From assembly GCF_006345805.1 (NCBI RefSeq), contig NC_043016.1, positions 8,804,001 through 8,868,000 on the forward strand: a DNA stretch of 64,000 nt, given 5' to 3'. Position numbers and translations under genes: made by a program. The notes beneath the pieces are model-generated. The model was not told the DNA's origin, searched no databases, and was given only the letters and a program-made list of their open reading frames with translations. The DNA comes from Octopus sinensis. Taxonomy: Eukaryota. Positions 63,181 through 64,000 of this stretch are shown in pieces (the stretch's first letter is position 1; each line of letters opens with the position of its first letter).

Positions 63181-64000
63181 CAAATATATAGGTGTGTGTG
63201 TGTGTGTGGTTGTGTGTCTGTGTTTGTCCTCCCAACATCGCTTGACAACCAATGCTGGTGTGTTTATGTCCCTATAACCTAGCAGTTCGGCAAAAGAGAC
63301 TGAGAGAATAAGTACTAGCCTTACAAAGAATAAGTCCTGCAGTCGATTTGCTCGACTAAAGACAGTGCTCCAGCATGGCCACAGTCAAATGACTGAAACA
63401 AGTAAAAGAGTAAATGTATGTGTGTGTGTGTGTTTGTATATATGTCCCTCATTCTCTCTCTTCACTTACTCCCTCTCTTTAGTTCTCTCACCTCTGTTAT
63501 CTTAACCAATAACTTGGTGCTCTTGGTGTTATTTAGTTATTATCAGCCAGTCTGAATGTGATCAGCCATCATTCCAGTTATACATTATGCAGAAGATGAA
63601 ATCGCAATTGCTTCTGCCTCAGGAATCAATAAAAACAAGTGCAACAAAACCTGACAGGATGAGGAGAAACTAGAAAAGCAAAGACTCAAGGAAAACCAGC
63701 TAGGCAAGGAAACAAAATATACACACTCACAAGCACACACCCAAACACAAACACACAATAAGTCAAGTATATGCAAATATATATATAAAATAATTTTAGA
63801 ACAGAGAAAAATGATAAAGAAAAAGATGGAAACTGAAGAAGATGAACTATTAGCTATTATCTATTAACATGTAAGACCAGATTCTCATATCAATTAAGAT
63901 CCTATAATTATTGGATCATCAAGGAAGTGAAAGCATATAAAAAAACTATTATGTAGAGTGTTTACAAAAAGGTACAAAAATGGGAAATGAAATGGTAATA

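Noticed and set aside
63492-63650. Minus-strand exon-like segment (pyrimidine tract, CAG acceptor, GTGAGA donor, 159 nt)
   Set aside because: Stops in all three frames and no partner exon seen. It could be a UTR or lncRNA exon, but only transcript data can show that.

Overview
This is AT-rich, repeat-dense animal genomic DNA, most likely a coleoid cephalopod such as Octopus (inferred from the SINE/LINE content and microsatellite load, not verified). One protein-coding gene is supported: an SRA1 (steroid receptor RNA activator / SRAP) homolog on the + strand. Five coding exons (3188-3352, 4305-4606, 12991-13099, 20640-20710, 27568-27822) join in frame through GT-AG introns. The short first exon was not found and probably lies upstream of the window. 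The rest is tRNA-derived SINEs, RTE/CR1/Tx1 LINE fragments, Penelope-like elements (PLEs), Tc1/mariner relics, Merlin-like MITEs, non-autonomous Helitrons and very long TA/TG microsatellites. Almost all other ORFs in the track are repeat artefacts. The main finding is a set of hammerhead-ribozyme motifs read directly from the sequence. (1) An extended type I hammerhead with a compensated U3-A8 core sits inside a 336-bp-period, retrozyme-like element, in sense orientation in SRA1 intron 5 (23177-23237). (2) A short TA-inserted family carries an intact minimal hammerhead with a palindromic stem III (best copy 32689-32726). (3) A third family has a family-wide A6U core change, with one copy also sense in SRA1 intron 5. 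Three independent RTE insertions show 5'-inversion (twin-priming) geometry. No activity has been shown; folds were paired by eye.
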